From positions 1,178,001 to 1,242,000 of the forward strand of contig OZ251226.1 of NCBI GenBank assembly GCA_965240325.2: a stretch of 64,000 nt of DNA, read 5' to 3'. Under the pieces are notes generated by a model. The model saw only the letters and a program-made list of their open reading frames with translations, had not been told where the DNA came from and searched no databases. Made by a program: the position numbers and the translations under genes. This document shows positions 1 through 11,387 of this stretch, piece after piece. Origin of the DNA: Rebecca billardiae RCC1528 (Eukaryota > Protista > Haptophyta). The stretch's first letter is position 1; the number at the start of each line of letters is the position of its first letter.

Positions 1-1404
1 CGGAAAATCCGGCTGCTCAGATCTGACCGGACCGGGACCCGGACAGCACAGTATCTAGGGACCAGACACTTTTACATCTTCGTTCTCTTCGGATTTGAGC
101 ATGGGGCGGCGCCCCATTTGCACAGTCAAAAGACCGCGGGTGTAAAAGCAACCGTTGTCGAGTTCGATGTAGCGGCTGGGCGAATTAGTGAATTAAAAAA
201 CAATTCACGAGACACTTGCGCCCACGGCCGCGATGGCGTGCGCCGTCCACCCACGACGGAGTCGTGGACGGACATCGCTACACAGCCTACGCGACAGGCG
301 TTGTCGTGATCGAGGTGCCCGTGCGCGTTGTCGATAGCCAAACGATTGGCACGACGACCTGGCACCACATCCGCGTCAAGCACGGCGAGGCCGTGGTCCA
401 GCGCGTGTGCGGCAAGCCGGCCGATGTGCGGACGGCGTCGGGTGGCGCAGGGGCTCCTGCCGATGCTACCTGGCGGCTGCTGCGGGGCCTGCTGCCGTGG
501 TCGAACCTGAGGCAGAGGGTGAGTCAACCGCGGAGCAGCTCAACGCTTCCGAGATCGAGCTGCGCGCGGTCGGACCAGATGACGGCCCGCGGCCGTCCAA
601 GCGCACACGCAAGGACGCCTGAGCACACGCGTTCAGTCCGAGCAAAGCCTGGTCGGCGTACGAGCGCGAGCCAGCTCAGACACGGCACGAGCGCACGCGT
701 GACGGCTCGTACGATGAGCTCGTCGGCTTGGTCATCGGGCTGCTGTCGCTCGTCGCCTCACTTGTCACGTCACACTCAGCTGAGCAGAGACATCACTCCC
801 GCCGTTCAGCTGATCGACGAGGACGAGGCGGCCAAGGCGGCGGCGGCTCAAACGCCTGGAGGAGGAGCGCAGGAGGAGGATGAGCTCCCAGCGCTGAGCC
901 TGTGGGGCCGCGCCGAGGCCAGGCACCGTGGCCAGCGGCTGCAGTCGCGGGTGGCTGCCGGACAGCAGCTCGGCGGCACACGCTCACTCTTAGTCTTACG
1001 TCGATCCTCTTGCTCGAGAGTCAAGGCGGCGGGCAAGGTGCAGGCCGCACGCGAGCTTGCTGAGCGTGCGCAGGCCGAGCCGCAGCTGAGCCCCGAGGGT
1101 GCTCGGGACGCCGCGTGCGCAAGCAGGCCGCCTCGCAGCAGATGGTGCTTCGCATAGTAACTACGCTGATACTACCGGACCCGAAAAAATTTCTTCGCAC
1201 TGCGTGCGCTTTATTCCCTTTATTATTATTTTGTTTCTTATTCGCGTATTAAATGCCGCTTTTCCGCCTCCCCAGTGCTTGCGGAAGTGCGCCAGAAAAT
1301 GGGAATTCCACCCGACTGACTACTGCTAGGCAGCATCATGAAAACGTACAGACGACTTCATGCGCGCGTTCGTCGCCGTCGGCCCCCGCCGCGGACTCCG
1401 GTCG

Positions 1405-2532
1405 TCAACCGGCAAGGTAGTTGTGTATCGAAGGTGTGCGGTACGGCGAGATGCGCAGCGACGATCGCCGCCGGTCGTGATTGATGTGGCTCCGGCGCAT
1501 GATGCGGATGAGCGCGTTGTTGAAGGGGTCGAAGAAGTGATCGAGCTGCTGCCGCGACTCGGCGGAGAGGACTTCAACCGCCTCGTGCGCGTTCTCGTGC
1601 GCCGCCGCGACCGAGATGGCGGGTGGCTTCGCGCCATGACCGAGCACGAAGCTCACGAGGTCTTGCCGCACCGTCGCGGGGTCTGCGATGAAGCCCGCAA
1701 ACGAGATGATCAGGAACTGCGACGCATCGAAGGTGCTCAGCCAGTGCTTGAGCTGCGGGGCATACAGCCCGCCTTGCAGCGCCTGGAGGTTGCCCCCTCC
1801 GAGCCCGTGCGCACTGCACGGCATCAGCCAGATCGCGTCAGAGTCGAGCGGGGTGTGCGACCGGCGGGCGCACTGCCTGCAGGCCTCCATCGTCAGCGCG
1901 ACAAACCGGTTGAGGTGCGGCCTGTCCTCGGCCCCGTGGTGCTGCTGGTGTTGTCTCCGCGCCGCCGAGCTCGCCAGCTGCGCTCCGCAAGGACGGGGGT
2001 GGCCGCGCGAAAGTAATGAGTGCTGGCTGCGGTGCCGCTGGGTCGCGAGTGCCGGGCGCACGCGCGCGCGCACGATCTGGTAGAACCACGACTGGACGCG
2101 GGTGGTGGGATTGCGCACGGAGAGGACGAAGCGGAGCTTCCTGCTCAGGGCGTGGCCATACATGTGCGCGATCAACTTCGGCACGGCGGGCGCGCGAATG
2201 TATTTGGGAGTGTAGTCGATGGCACTCACGCTGAGCTCCGTGCGATTGTGCCCGCACGTCCCAAAGCGACTGACGTAGGAGAGCATGGTCGGGTTATCCT
2301 GATTCTCGGGCTTGTCGAAGAAGTGCGTCTCATACAGGCGGTGGGTCACGCCCCTCTGCGCCCAGATGTCGAAGACGTCGTGCAGCTCCTGCGAGAGGCT
2401 CGAGGTGCCCGCCTTCATTGCGCCGATCAGCATAACAGTCGGCACGTTGTACCCCGCAAAGCACCAGCGCTGGCGTCCATACTCGCTCACGGCCGCTGGC
2501 GCGAGCACATGGGGCACCAGCGCCGCCGCCAT
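1405..2532 (-). CDS. Sulfotransferase (Sulfotransfer_1; heparan sulfate 3-O/N-sulfotransferase-like)
   Basis: 5'-PSB motif LIGAMKAGTSSL, ETHFFD, DYTPKY, 3'-PB motif VRNPTTRVQSWFY, GLYAPQLKHWL. Probable in-frame 96-nt intron at 1978-2073 (GTGCGC...GCAG). The start could instead be the ATG at 2604. Confidence 0.85.
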   Translation of the reverse strand: MAAALVPHVLAPAAVSEYGRQRWCFAGYNVPTVMLIGAMKAGTSSLSQELHDVFDIWAQRGVTHRLYETHFFDKPENQDNPTMLSYVSRFGTCGHNRTELSVSAIDYTPKYIRAPAVPKLIAHMYGHALSRKLRFVLSVRNPTTRVQSWFYQIVRARVRPALATQRHRSQHSLLSRGHPRPCGAQLASSAARRQHQQHHGAEDRPHLNRFVALTMEACRQCARRSHTPLDSDAIWLMPCSAHGLGGGNLQALQGGLYAPQLKHWLSTFDASQFLIISFAGFIADPATVRQDLVSFVLGHGAKPPAISVAAAHENAHEAVEVLSAESRQQLDHFFDPFNNALIRIMRRSHINHDRRRSSLRISPYRTPSIHNYLAG

Positions 2533-2970
2533 GGAGGCTACTCGCCACCGCCACAGCCGCCGACAATGGATGCGATTACAAGGGGCGTTCCCCGCACTGG
2601 TCATACGCCATTACGCCAAATCGAACCGCGTTCCTATTGAAATTGGCTTCCTCTATTTCAAGCGGGTACATTTGATTACGGCCCGCGCCAGTCCGGTAGC
2701 AATGCCCCCCCCAGGGGCCGGGGGGGGCATTGCTTTCAGGAGCGTGTGGCAGGATCCCGGGAACGCCCTTGAACATTTGTAATGATCGGCTGCGGCGCTA
2801 CCATCGGCGACGGCTTCATGGGCGGTGACAGTTGGCGGGCGTCAATCTCGCCTGCCTGAGCTGTGTGCGTCTCTTATTCTTAGTAAACTGTACGCCGAGC
2901 ACGGCCCTGCTTTGTCATCGTAAGCGCTGCCACGTTATTACTACATCCAGCCCAGGCAGACAATGCGGCA

Positions 2971-3036
2971 CAGGGTAGGGCTGGAGGCTTCGGCCGCCAG
3001 TCTGATCACCCGGAGCCCGTTATAAAGGGGAATTTA
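2971..3036 (+). mobile_element. 66-nt 3'-end stub of the non-LTR retroelement at 31.1-33.0 kb
   Basis: Matches 32817-32882 except for one C>T at 3001. Contains the GGC-TTCG-GCC stem-loop. Confidence 0.85.
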
Positions 3037-3066
3037 GACTGCTGTCGCTGTCTTATCTGTATTAAC

Positions 3067-5100
3067 TTATCTGCCGTCGTCGCCCACGTCCCAGCTGTCC
3101 CACGCAGACCAGCCATCGCCACCGTCGTCCTCCTCCTCCGCCGCCGCCTCCTCCTCCTCTGCGTCTTCCGACCCCCGATCGGGCGCCCGCGGAGCGAGCT
3201 CGTCCGGCAGCACCGACGCTGCGAGCGCCGCCCACAGCGCGCGCAGCTCGGCCGCGCGCGGCGGCTGCTCGGCGCCCTCGTCCGCGGAGTAGCGCGGCGG
3301 CCTCGACCCCGTCGACTCGTCGAGGATCCGCCGCGCCGCGCGCCGGCCCGACGTGTACGCGCCGTCGACAAAGCCGTGCCGCAGCGTCGACGTGTGCTCG
3401 CCCGCAAAGTACAGCCGCCCGCCGAGCGGCTCAGCGAGCTGGAGCGGCGCGTGCAGGTCGGCGTCGAGCGGGACGTAGGAGTAGCTCCCGCGCGCGAGCG
3501 GGTCGACCCCCCAGCGCGTGCGCACCATCTCCACCGGCCGAGGCAGCGGGCGCGTCGCGTTCGGGAAGAGCCGGCCGAGCGAGGCGAGCAGTGCCGCCTC
3601 GAGCGCCGCGTCGTCGAGCGCGTCGAGCGCGCGCGCCTCGACGCCGGCGGGCGTGGCGAGGAGCACGGCCGGCCGCGCGCAGCGCGCCGGCGCGGGCGCG
3701 CAGTACCCTGCGCGCAGGTTGCGCAGGTTGTACCATCCCAGCCTCGCGCCGCGCCGGCCGAGCCCGAGCGCGCCGAGCGCGGGCGGCGCGGGCGCGGGCA
3801 CGAGCGCGTCCTGCGTGCCGCCGTGCGCCTCCCACCACGCGTTCGGCCAGCGCAGGTAGACCTTCTCGAGGTGGCCAACCCGGTACTGCCAGATCGCGCG
3901 CACCTTCCACGCGGGCAGCGCCGGCTCGAACGCCACGCCCGCCCCCCCCTGCCGCTGCTGCAGCACGCCGAGCGGCACGCTCAGCACCGCCACCGACGCG
4001 GACCATGCGCGCCCGTCGGCCGCGGCCGCGACGACGCCGCCGCGGCCGCGCGAGAGGCGCACGACGCGCGCGCCGAGGTGCGTGAGCACGCGCGTCCCGC
4101 GCAGCCGCCGCGCCAGCGCGCGCACGATCGCGCCCATTCCCTCTCGCCCCGCCATCCACTCCTTGCCGCGCTCAAACTCTCTGAATACGGACGTGCCGCC
4201 GCCGACCGCGCTCGGCTCCGCGCCCTCGTCCGCGAGCGACCAGAGGCCCTCGAACGCGTCTAGCCGCTCCGCGAGCGGCAGCGGCGGCGCCGAGGGCGCA
4301 ACGCCACCCGCCGCCGCCGCCGCCGCCGCCGCCGCTGCCTCGCTGTCCACAAAGGCGTTGGCCCAGAAGCCGGTCGGCAGGTCGCGCACGGGGGCGGGGC
4401 GGCCGTCGCGCATGGCGGCGAGGTACGCTGTGAGGTTGGAGCGCCTCGCCGCGTACGCGTAGTACCGCTCGCGCAGCGCGAACCCCGGCCGCGCCGCGCC
4501 CGGCGGGCCGGCGGCTGCGTCGAACACGCGCGCCGCGCCGCTGCGCTCGCCCACGACCCGGTACGTGCGCGGCAGCCATTGCGTCGAGAGGAGCGGCGGG
4601 TGCGCGGCGTGCACGAGGCGCCAGATCGGGTTGTCCTCGCCGCCGTGGATCCAGTTCGCGCCGTGCTCCACCGTCCACGCGCCGCCCTCGCCCGCCGGCG
4701 CCAGCCGCACCTCCGAGTGCACACGGCCGCCCAGCCGGCCGCGCGCCTCCAGCAGTGTCACGCGCCAGCCCGCGCGGCCGAGGGTGGCGGCGGCAGCGAG
4801 GCCGGAGACGCCGCCGCCGATCACGATGGCCGAGCGCGAGCGCGCCGTGAGCAGCAGCTCTCGGCACGCGAGCCACGCCCCGACCGCCGCGCCGAGCGCG
4901 ACGCACACACCGAGCGCGACGCACGCCGCGCGACGCACGCGGCGCGCGCGCTTGCGCGGCCGCGCGGCTCCGACGGCGGGCCCGGGCTGCCCACAGGGGT
5001 CGTCCTCATCCTCATCCAACTCGCTGTACCGCACCCCGGCCATCGCGCCGCCGTCGCCGCCACCGCCCCGGCTCGAGCCGCCCGGCTCGGCGACGGCCAT
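3067..5100 (-). CDS. Flavin-containing amine oxidase (polyamine oxidase-like) with N-terminal membrane anchor
   Basis: IVIGGGVSGLAAA dinucleotide-binding motif, LEARGRLGGRV, EHGANWIHG, TRWGVDPLARGSYS, YFAGEHT, GFVDGAYTSGRRAA. Confidence 0.92.
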   Translation of the reverse strand: MAVAEPGGSSRGGGGDGGAMAGVRYSELDEDEDDPCGQPGPAVGAARPRKRARRVRRAACVALGVCVALGAAVGAWLACRELLLTARSRSAIVIGGGVSGLAAAATLGRAGWRVTLLEARGRLGGRVHSEVRLAPAGEGGAWTVEHGANWIHGGEDNPIWRLVHAAHPPLLSTQWLPRTYRVVGERSGAARVFDAAAGPPGAARPGFALRERYYAYAARRSNLTAYLAAMRDGRPAPVRDLPTGFWANAFVDSEAAAAAAAAAAGGVAPSAPPLPLAERLDAFEGLWSLADEGAEPSAVGGGTSVFREFERGKEWMAGREGMGAIVRALARRLRGTRVLTHLGARVVRLSRGRGGVVAAAADGRAWSASVAVLSVPLGVLQQRQGGAGVAFEPALPAWKVRAIWQYRVGHLEKVYLRWPNAWWEAHGGTQDALVPAPAPPALGALGLGRRGARLGWYNLRNLRAGYCAPAPARCARPAVLLATPAGVEARALDALDDAALEAALLASLGRLFPNATRPLPRPVEMVRTRWGVDPLARGSYSYVPLDADLHAPLQLAEPLGGRLYFAGEHTSTLRHGFVDGAYTSGRRAARRILDESTGSRPPRYSADEGAEQPPRAAELRALWAALAASVLPDELAPRAPDRGSEDAEEEEAAAEEEDDGGDGWSAWDSWDVGDDGR

Positions 5101-5346
5101 CGCGGATTAATAGCGGGCGGAGCAGGCCGTCTTCACCGACGAAATAAAAATAAATCCAGGATTGAAGGTCTGGGGAGGATCTCCGCTGCACTGGTGCAAG
5201 GGCCCCGGTGCCACTGGTGGGGAGGATGTCACTCCTCCCCGCTCGCCACGGCTGGGGAGGATGACATCTGTCAGGGGACGGCTGGCGATCCCCTGACAGA
5301 TGTGTCGTGATGGCGCCTGGCATCATGGTGCCTCCATCTGTCACCA

Positions 5347-6294
5347 CTACGCCTCGGTCGTACCCTGCTGGTTCAACCTCGTCGCATTCTGATTCTTGAT
5401 CGCCGTTGCGGACTGCCGCGCCTTTGCAAGCTGTCCGTCCGTGAGGCCGAGGAGGTGCATGGTGCTTGGGGACGGCTCGTCGCGCTCGTCGAACTGCGCG
5501 GGCCGCCCCCAGTGGAGCGTCGCCGCATTGCTCGAGGAGTACGAGTACGGGCGCGAGCGGAACTGCGGCTTGCCAGCGGGCCTGTACGCCGAGGTGACCG
5601 CCTGCAGCACGAGCGACTGCGCGCGGTTGAGGTGCTCCGGCGGCATGCCGTCGCCCGCGTCAGGCACGAGTGCCCTCACCGGCACCTGACCCGCGACCAT
5701 CTTGGAGAAATCGTCCTTGCGCGGCGCGAGCGTGGGCCATATGCTTGATGCGGAAGTGTGCCCGGCGAGGGTCGGGTCAGGCGGCTGCCGAAGCTGAGAG
5801 AGTCGGATCTCGAGCTCGCGCGTGTCCAGCCGCCTCTGCTCGAGCATCAGCTCGAGTGTGTCCACGCGCTCCTGCTGCGCGCGCGCGGCGTGGCCTTGGC
5901 CGCGGCTGGCGCGGAGCTTGCGCGCTCCGCGCGGGTCGAGCTGCAGCAGAGCCGCGTCAGGGTAGGCCTCGTGCTTCTTCCGGATCTCGTCGATGTGGTT
6001 CGAGGTCCGAGGCACATCACGCAGCCGCTGGTTGAGCGTGATCCAATTCGCCGGCTTTGGCGGCGGGGGCTCGTAGTACCGCCGCGGCTTCTGGCGTACG
6101 ATCGGCTCGAGATTGGAGGCGGAGCGCACCGGATCGCCCGTGTTCGTCAGATCGGAGGGCAAGGGCAAACTCTGTCGCTCCGGCGGGAGCGCGCCCACCG
6201 GGACGCCCGCTTTGACGTACTGCCCGTCGGCGGCGATTGGCGGGTGCTTGGGCCGCTGGCTCTCGAGGTGAGCCATCATGTCGAGGAACGACAT
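5347..6294 (-). CDS. Hypothetical protein with a short coiled coil
   Basis: About 315-aa ORF from MSFLDMM with protein-like composition; no recognised domain. Confidence 0.6.
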   Translation of the reverse strand: MSFLDMMAHLESQRPKHPPIAADGQYVKAGVPVGALPPERQSLPLPSDLTNTGDPVRSASNLEPIVRQKPRRYYEPPPPKPANWITLNQRLRDVPRTSNHIDEIRKKHEAYPDAALLQLDPRGARKLRASRGQGHAARAQQERVDTLELMLEQRRLDTRELEIRLSQLRQPPDPTLAGHTSASSIWPTLAPRKDDFSKMVAGQVPVRALVPDAGDGMPPEHLNRAQSLVLQAVTSAYRPAGKPQFRSRPYSYSSSNAATLHWGRPAQFDERDEPSPSTMHLLGLTDGQLAKARQSATAIKNQNATRLNQQGTTEA

Positions 6295-6764
6295 GGCTAT
6301 CGCAGTGCCGCGGAACAGCCCTCCCGAGCAGCGCCAACGCACGCACGCCCGCAGTCCCGTCGCAAGCCACACGGCACGGGTGCGCTCGCGCGATGGGTGA
6401 GTAACTAAATGTAACAGCAGAAAAACTTCGCCTCAGCCATGCTGCAGACCTGGTGTTTTTGCTCATGGCTCAGTGAGTGACTGAGTCATCCACCAGCTGC
6501 TGACCAAGAACAGGCTACACCATCGTCCACCATGACCTGCCACTGACCAAGTAGGCGACGACATCATCCGCACCAGCTGCTGACCAAGTAGGGGACGGCC
6601 TGGCCGACGCCAACATGCTCACTCGCCTTTGACGATTTCGTACCCATGCACTTCCTGGTGGGCCTGACGACGTCCGGACGACGACAACAACGACATCCGC
6701 CATGGGGACCAACATCAACGCGCTCACACCACTGCCACTGCTGCAAGCTTCGACCAGTACCACT

Positions 6765-6823
6765 ACAGACGAATCAGGAGAGCTGCGCCCTCGTGCCTGT
6801 GTCTTTAAATCATAGAATTAGTC
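6765..6823 (+). repeat. 59-nt dispersed repeat, copy 1 (putative element 3' end)
   Basis: Identical to 63608-63666: ACAGACGAATCAGGAGAGCTGCGCCCTCGTGCCTGTGTCTTTAAATCATAGAATTAGTC. Confidence 0.85.
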
Positions 6824-8644
6824 ACTGAGTGAGTCACTGAGTGAGTCTGACTGAGTGAGCGCAAGGGCCCTTGGTGAGAGCAAAGTAATCAACCCCCAGT
6901 GACGAGCATCGACTCGTCGTACTTGACGTACTTGTACGGTACTCGACGGCCGCCTGCAGCACGTAACAACCCGCCAACTACTCAGTCGATGATGTCCACT
7001 GCACATAGCACGGAGCTAAATAAGCGCCGTGTGTCACTTTTACGATAGCTAGCTTACCGTATTCGAGTGGCTGCCAGCAGTGTCATGTACTTACACAGTA
7101 GTAACATTCTGTAGTGCAGGACTGTACATTGAGACTAACGGCCAGCGACCCTGTAGTAGCCACAGACGTCTGTCGTCTGACATAGGATTCTGACGAAGTT
7201 ACCGGTAACGGAGACTGGAGTGACTCCACTCCTCAGTCTCAGTCAGACGTCGTCATACTGTTTGTGAGGTCGCCGCGACTTTGACGCATACAGTCATCAA
7301 CGCCGGCATCGGACTCGTGGGCGCGCACCGACGAAGAAGAGCCTCCCTCGGGAGGATGCGACCTGCTGGCTGCACTGCGGCGCGGCCCCGCGCCGATGCG
7401 CCCGTCACCCTGGCAGGCGTCTTCTGGCCTGAGCCTCACAAGCCAGCATTCGTCAGAGGGCAGCTAAGTAGCTGAGAAATCGCCGCACACTGTAGTACGT
7501 TTACTGCCTGTAGCAGCTCTCCTGCGCATCAGCAATTAGGCGCCACACGTGTGACGTGAGGGTGCTGGAAACCAGTTTTTAGCCTTATTTTAGGGACGCC
7601 AGCCGACTCGCGGCCGGTCGTGAGCCGGGCGGTTCTCCAGACGCTGTGCCAGGGGCGCAAGCGATGGCGCTCTATCTGCGAGCGCGGCGGAGGGTCTCCG
7701 CCTAACGACGACACGAGCACACGTCTGACCGAGACGGAGGGCACGCTGCGAAAAGAGCAATGACTGGCCCGCCTGCACGCCTGCCGAGCCGACCCGCACG
7801 CCCCGCGCTGTGTGTGACGCCGGGTGTGTCCCGGAATGTGGCCTGTGCACCCTAACTAGCGCAAAGCCGTAAACCGGAGGCGGGGGGAGGGGGGGGGGGG
7901 GCACCTTGCCGTCCGCACCAGCCCGCGGCCACCTGATGCCAGCTCGCGGAACACGCGTCAATCGCGCGGCTCGCGCGCAGCTAGGCGGCCCCGGGCGCGC
8001 GGCGGAGGGCGGCTGTCTAGTGTCTACGCGCTTGGCGGCTTAGACACAGGCCTGACCGCCGCATGTGCCGCTTCACCCACCGCACGCGAGCCGCTCGTCG
8101 CGCGCAGTGTAGCTCGAGCACTCCGCTGCCCCCGAGCCGGCGCCACACACTCGCGCTTGTGCTCTGAGGCGGCGCCGCCCGAGCGGGCGCGTTCGTAGGT
8201 GAAGCTATGATGATAGTTTCGTTCGCGAATCTTCGTCGTCGGCTCGTCGAGCGAAAGGCGACGAATCGCGAATGGTGAGCGTATCATATTTATCATACAT
8301 ATATATATGTATGACAAGGTCAACGATTCGTGCTAGCTATCATCAAATTCGCGATGTGTCGCATGGGTACCATGAATATGATGGTGAAACAGGGCGGGTG
8401 CCGGCAGTCAAACATCATAGACAGGGATTCGAGGACGAAGCTCAGCGGGTAGCCGCGTCAAAAAACATTAGTATTGAAGTCGTTCCATCGGTTCGGTCGC
8501 GTTTCATGTCCGAATATGGAGCATTGGTCTCCCGGTTATGCGTTGCAAGAGCGTTATAACGGGCTCGTCATCCGTTTTCCGGCCCGGCCGTCTCTGGGCG
8601 TACGAGCGTAACTGACGTGTACGCAAGAGGCGCGACGCGCACCA

Positions 8645-10011
8645 ATGCCGAACGCCGCGTCGGTCGCACGGGTGCTCATCCACACGCTTGTGTTCTGGCC
8701 AGTTGCAGCTCAGGTCGTGAGCTCTGAGACGTGGGACGACGGGCTGTCCGGGAGCGGCCTCACGATCTCCAATGGCGACCAGACGGTCTTGCGCGGTACC
8801 GTTTCGAACTGGCGCGCTGCCTACGGTAGTGGCACGTACACCTCGGGGAAAGTGGCTTGGATTGTCACCGTCGACACCTTATCCGTCGGAGGCGGCACCA
8901 TGATGATTGGCGCCACCCACGATCCCAGCATGGGGGAAGGGCCGACCGGCTTCACGACCGGGCAGAAAGGCTACGGGTACATGGACCACGCAGTTTCGGT
9001 TGACGGTGCGGCTTCCGCGGCGTATGGAACGAGTTATGGCGCCGGCGATGAGATCAAAGTGGAGCTCGACATCGACGCACTGACGATCGGCTTCTACGTG
9101 AACGGCGCTTACCAGGGTACTTCCCACACTGGTTTGCCTGCCTCCAAGACGTGGCAGTTGGCAATCAGCATCTTGACCAATGGCGATGGCGCAACCATCA
9201 CTGCAGCGTCGCCGCCGCCCTCGCCGCCCGCGTCGCCGCCCGCGCCCCCCTCCCCGCCGCCATCGCCGCCTCCATCGCCTCCGCCATCGCTGCCGCCTTC
9301 CCCGCCGCCCTCCCCTCCACCGCCCTCGCCGCCACCCTCGCCGCCACCCTCGCCCCCGCCCTCGCCGCCACCGCCCTCGCCGCCGCCCTCCCCGCCGCCA
9401 TCGCCGCCACCATCGCCACCTCCACCCTCGCCACCACCGCCGCCACCGCCGCCACCACCGTCGCCGCCACCGTCGCCGCCGCCACCCTCGCCACCACCAC
9501 CGCCGCCGCCACCACCACCGTCGCCGCCACCCTCGCCGCCGCCACCCTCGCCACCACCGCCACCACCACCGCCGCCCTCGCCGCCGCCATCGCCGCCGCC
9601 ACCCTCGCCACCACCGCCGCCGCCACCGCCCTCGCCGCCGCCCTCGCCGCCGCCCACGCCGCCACCATCACCGCCTCCATCGCCGCCGCCCTCGCCGCCG
9701 CCCTCGTCCCCACCCTCGCCCCCACCCTCTCCGCCATCGCCCCCGCCCCCTATCGACTGCTACTGCCCACCGAAGACACGCAGAGCCAACTATCGCTGGT
9801 TGCCGAAAGCACGCCGTAAGTGCTTCGCGCGTGTGCGGCCGCGCACCCGCATGCTGCCGCGATCAGGGCCCACACATGCGTACGCCCTCCTGACTGACTC
9901 TCCGCACCCCACCCACCCGCGCCATGCTTGGTGACGATTGCCTTCCAAAACACAGGATTGCTTTTTGGAGGCCTCGTGTCCACCCTCCCACCGTGCGACG
10001 TTTGTCCATGA
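8645..10011 (+). CDS. Secreted SPRY/B30.2-domain protein with a long Ser-Pro(n) stalk and Cys-containing tail
   Basis: Signal peptide; SPRY-like segments SGKVAW...YGAGDEIKVELDIDALTIGFYVNG; SPPP repeats at about 9208-9750. Predicted intron 9816-9955 (GTAAGT...ACAG) gives the ending RRLLFGGLVSTLPPCDVCP*. Confidence 0.8.
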
Positions 10012-10329
10012 GTGCCTCCTTCAAGGATCTTCATCATCAAGAATCAAGTGTCATAATGCACATGCGCATTTGCGTCCACCGGCCTCATCAGCGTCTTTGC
10101 ATATCAAGTCGCCGGCACGCACAGCTCGGGGCGATGCCAGCTAAGCTTATCCAACCATGACGGGGCGAGACTATCGATCAAGGGGGGTGAATGCCATTCA
10201 TACGCCGGTCGTCTGTTTTGTGGCGGTGTCTTTGTGCAGTGTTGGATGGCGTCAATCACGCCTTAACCAAGTGTGCACGTTAAAACATAGTAAACTGTAA
10301 GCGCATCATCTTCCCCCCTCCTAAAATTA

Positions 10330-10466
10330 CAAAATCCCCACCATCAGTCTAATCACACGCGCCATTATCTATTTTATTATTTTGATTTTGCAGAGCACGT
10401 GCGCCGCCCCCCCCCCCGGCTTTCGCTCACGCTCAGACCTTTCGGGGGGGGGGGGGCATAATAACA
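10330..10466 (-). mobile_element. Isolated, degenerate 5' terminus of the Helitron2-like family (copy C)
   Basis: TTTGATTTTGCAGAGCACGTGCGCCG(C)nGGCTTTCGCTCACGCTCAGACCTTTC(G)n matches about 40435-40506. The terminal inverted repeat is eroded. Confidence 0.8.
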
Positions 10467-10715
10467 TCATGTAAACGAGAGGCCCACTACTCATCACTAG
10501 TCACGTCGAGTTACCGGCTGACACTGATCGATGCGGCCCACGATTATAACCATAAACCAGGTAACCCGAGGTCAAGGCAGCTACGGCTTAGACTAAGTTA
10601 CAAGACTTAGCATCAGCGACGTGAGCCTCAGACAATGTACCCAGCCCTTCGACAGGCTCAGCTCAGCTCAGCGGCGAACGAGCAGCATGTGCTCCCAATC
10701 AGAGGCTCGCAGAGC

Positions 10716-11318
10716 TCACTCGCCCTTGCATGCGTTAAGCCGCCTCCTGAGCTCGTCCGTGCCCAGGGAGCGCAGGTGGGCCTTGTTGCGCGTCAGCAGG
10801 CCAAGCGCCCCAGGACCGCCGTGCTGTGTGGCCCACGAGTGACGAGCAGCATCGACGTCTTCCGCACGCAGCAGCTGCAGCGTCGGCCAAGGCGCGCGCA
10901 CCGTGTAGTGCCCCGGGTCGTCAGGGTCTTCTGGCCTGCAGCCAATACCACCATCTATCCGTGTCGGATGGAAAGCGAGAAGGACAAAACGGGGCCCACC
11001 ATTGCGCGCGACAGCAGCGAGATCCTGCTCAACCGCGACCCAGAGCTCGGCGAATCGCCCGACCTCCCCGAAACGCTCGTCGGTGTACACGCACAGCGTC
11101 GTCGGCGCCTGGGCTTGCGCGTGCGGATGCCGGTTCGATGCGAGCAGCATGGCCTGCCTCCTGACGTACGCCACGAGGGCATCGTCGTGCGCATCGAGGC
11201 ACGGTGCGACGACTACGAGCGAGGCAGAGGTGACAGCCCACGGGCAGAGCTTGAGCCCCGCTACGAACGACGTGATCCATGCTATGGTCGCCTCGTGCGC
11301 GAGCCTGGCGCCGGCCAT
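10716..11318 (-). CDS. DUF1415 family protein
   Basis: WITSFVAGLKLCPWA, LLAFHP, YTVRAPWPTLQLLR and RNKAHLRSLG match the family pattern. Confidence 0.82.
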   Translation of the reverse strand: MAGARLAHEATIAWITSFVAGLKLCPWAVTSASLVVVAPCLDAHDDALVAYVRRQAMLLASNRHPHAQAQAPTTLCVYTDERFGEVGRFAELWVAVEQDLAAVARNGGPRFVLLAFHPTRIDGGIGCRPEDPDDPGHYTVRAPWPTLQLLRAEDVDAARHSWATQHGGPGALGLLTRNKAHLRSLGTDELRRRLNACKGE

Positions 11319-11387
11319 CGTGCCGCAGTCCACCACCCGGCCGCTCGGTCTGGGCGTGAGTTCGCTCGCAACCCCAGCCGGGCGGCG

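Noticed and set aside
121-1157. ORF 216-1157, and CACAGTCAAAA shared with 63708 as a possible transposon end
   Set aside because: The ORF has no recognisable domain; the two 11-mers are in direct orientation and I found no inverted partner.
2782-10466. A 7.7-kb element spanning three genes, pairing copy C with 2782-2910
   Set aside because: The left-end match is only two 10-mers with wrong spacing, and there is no hairpin or (TA)n.
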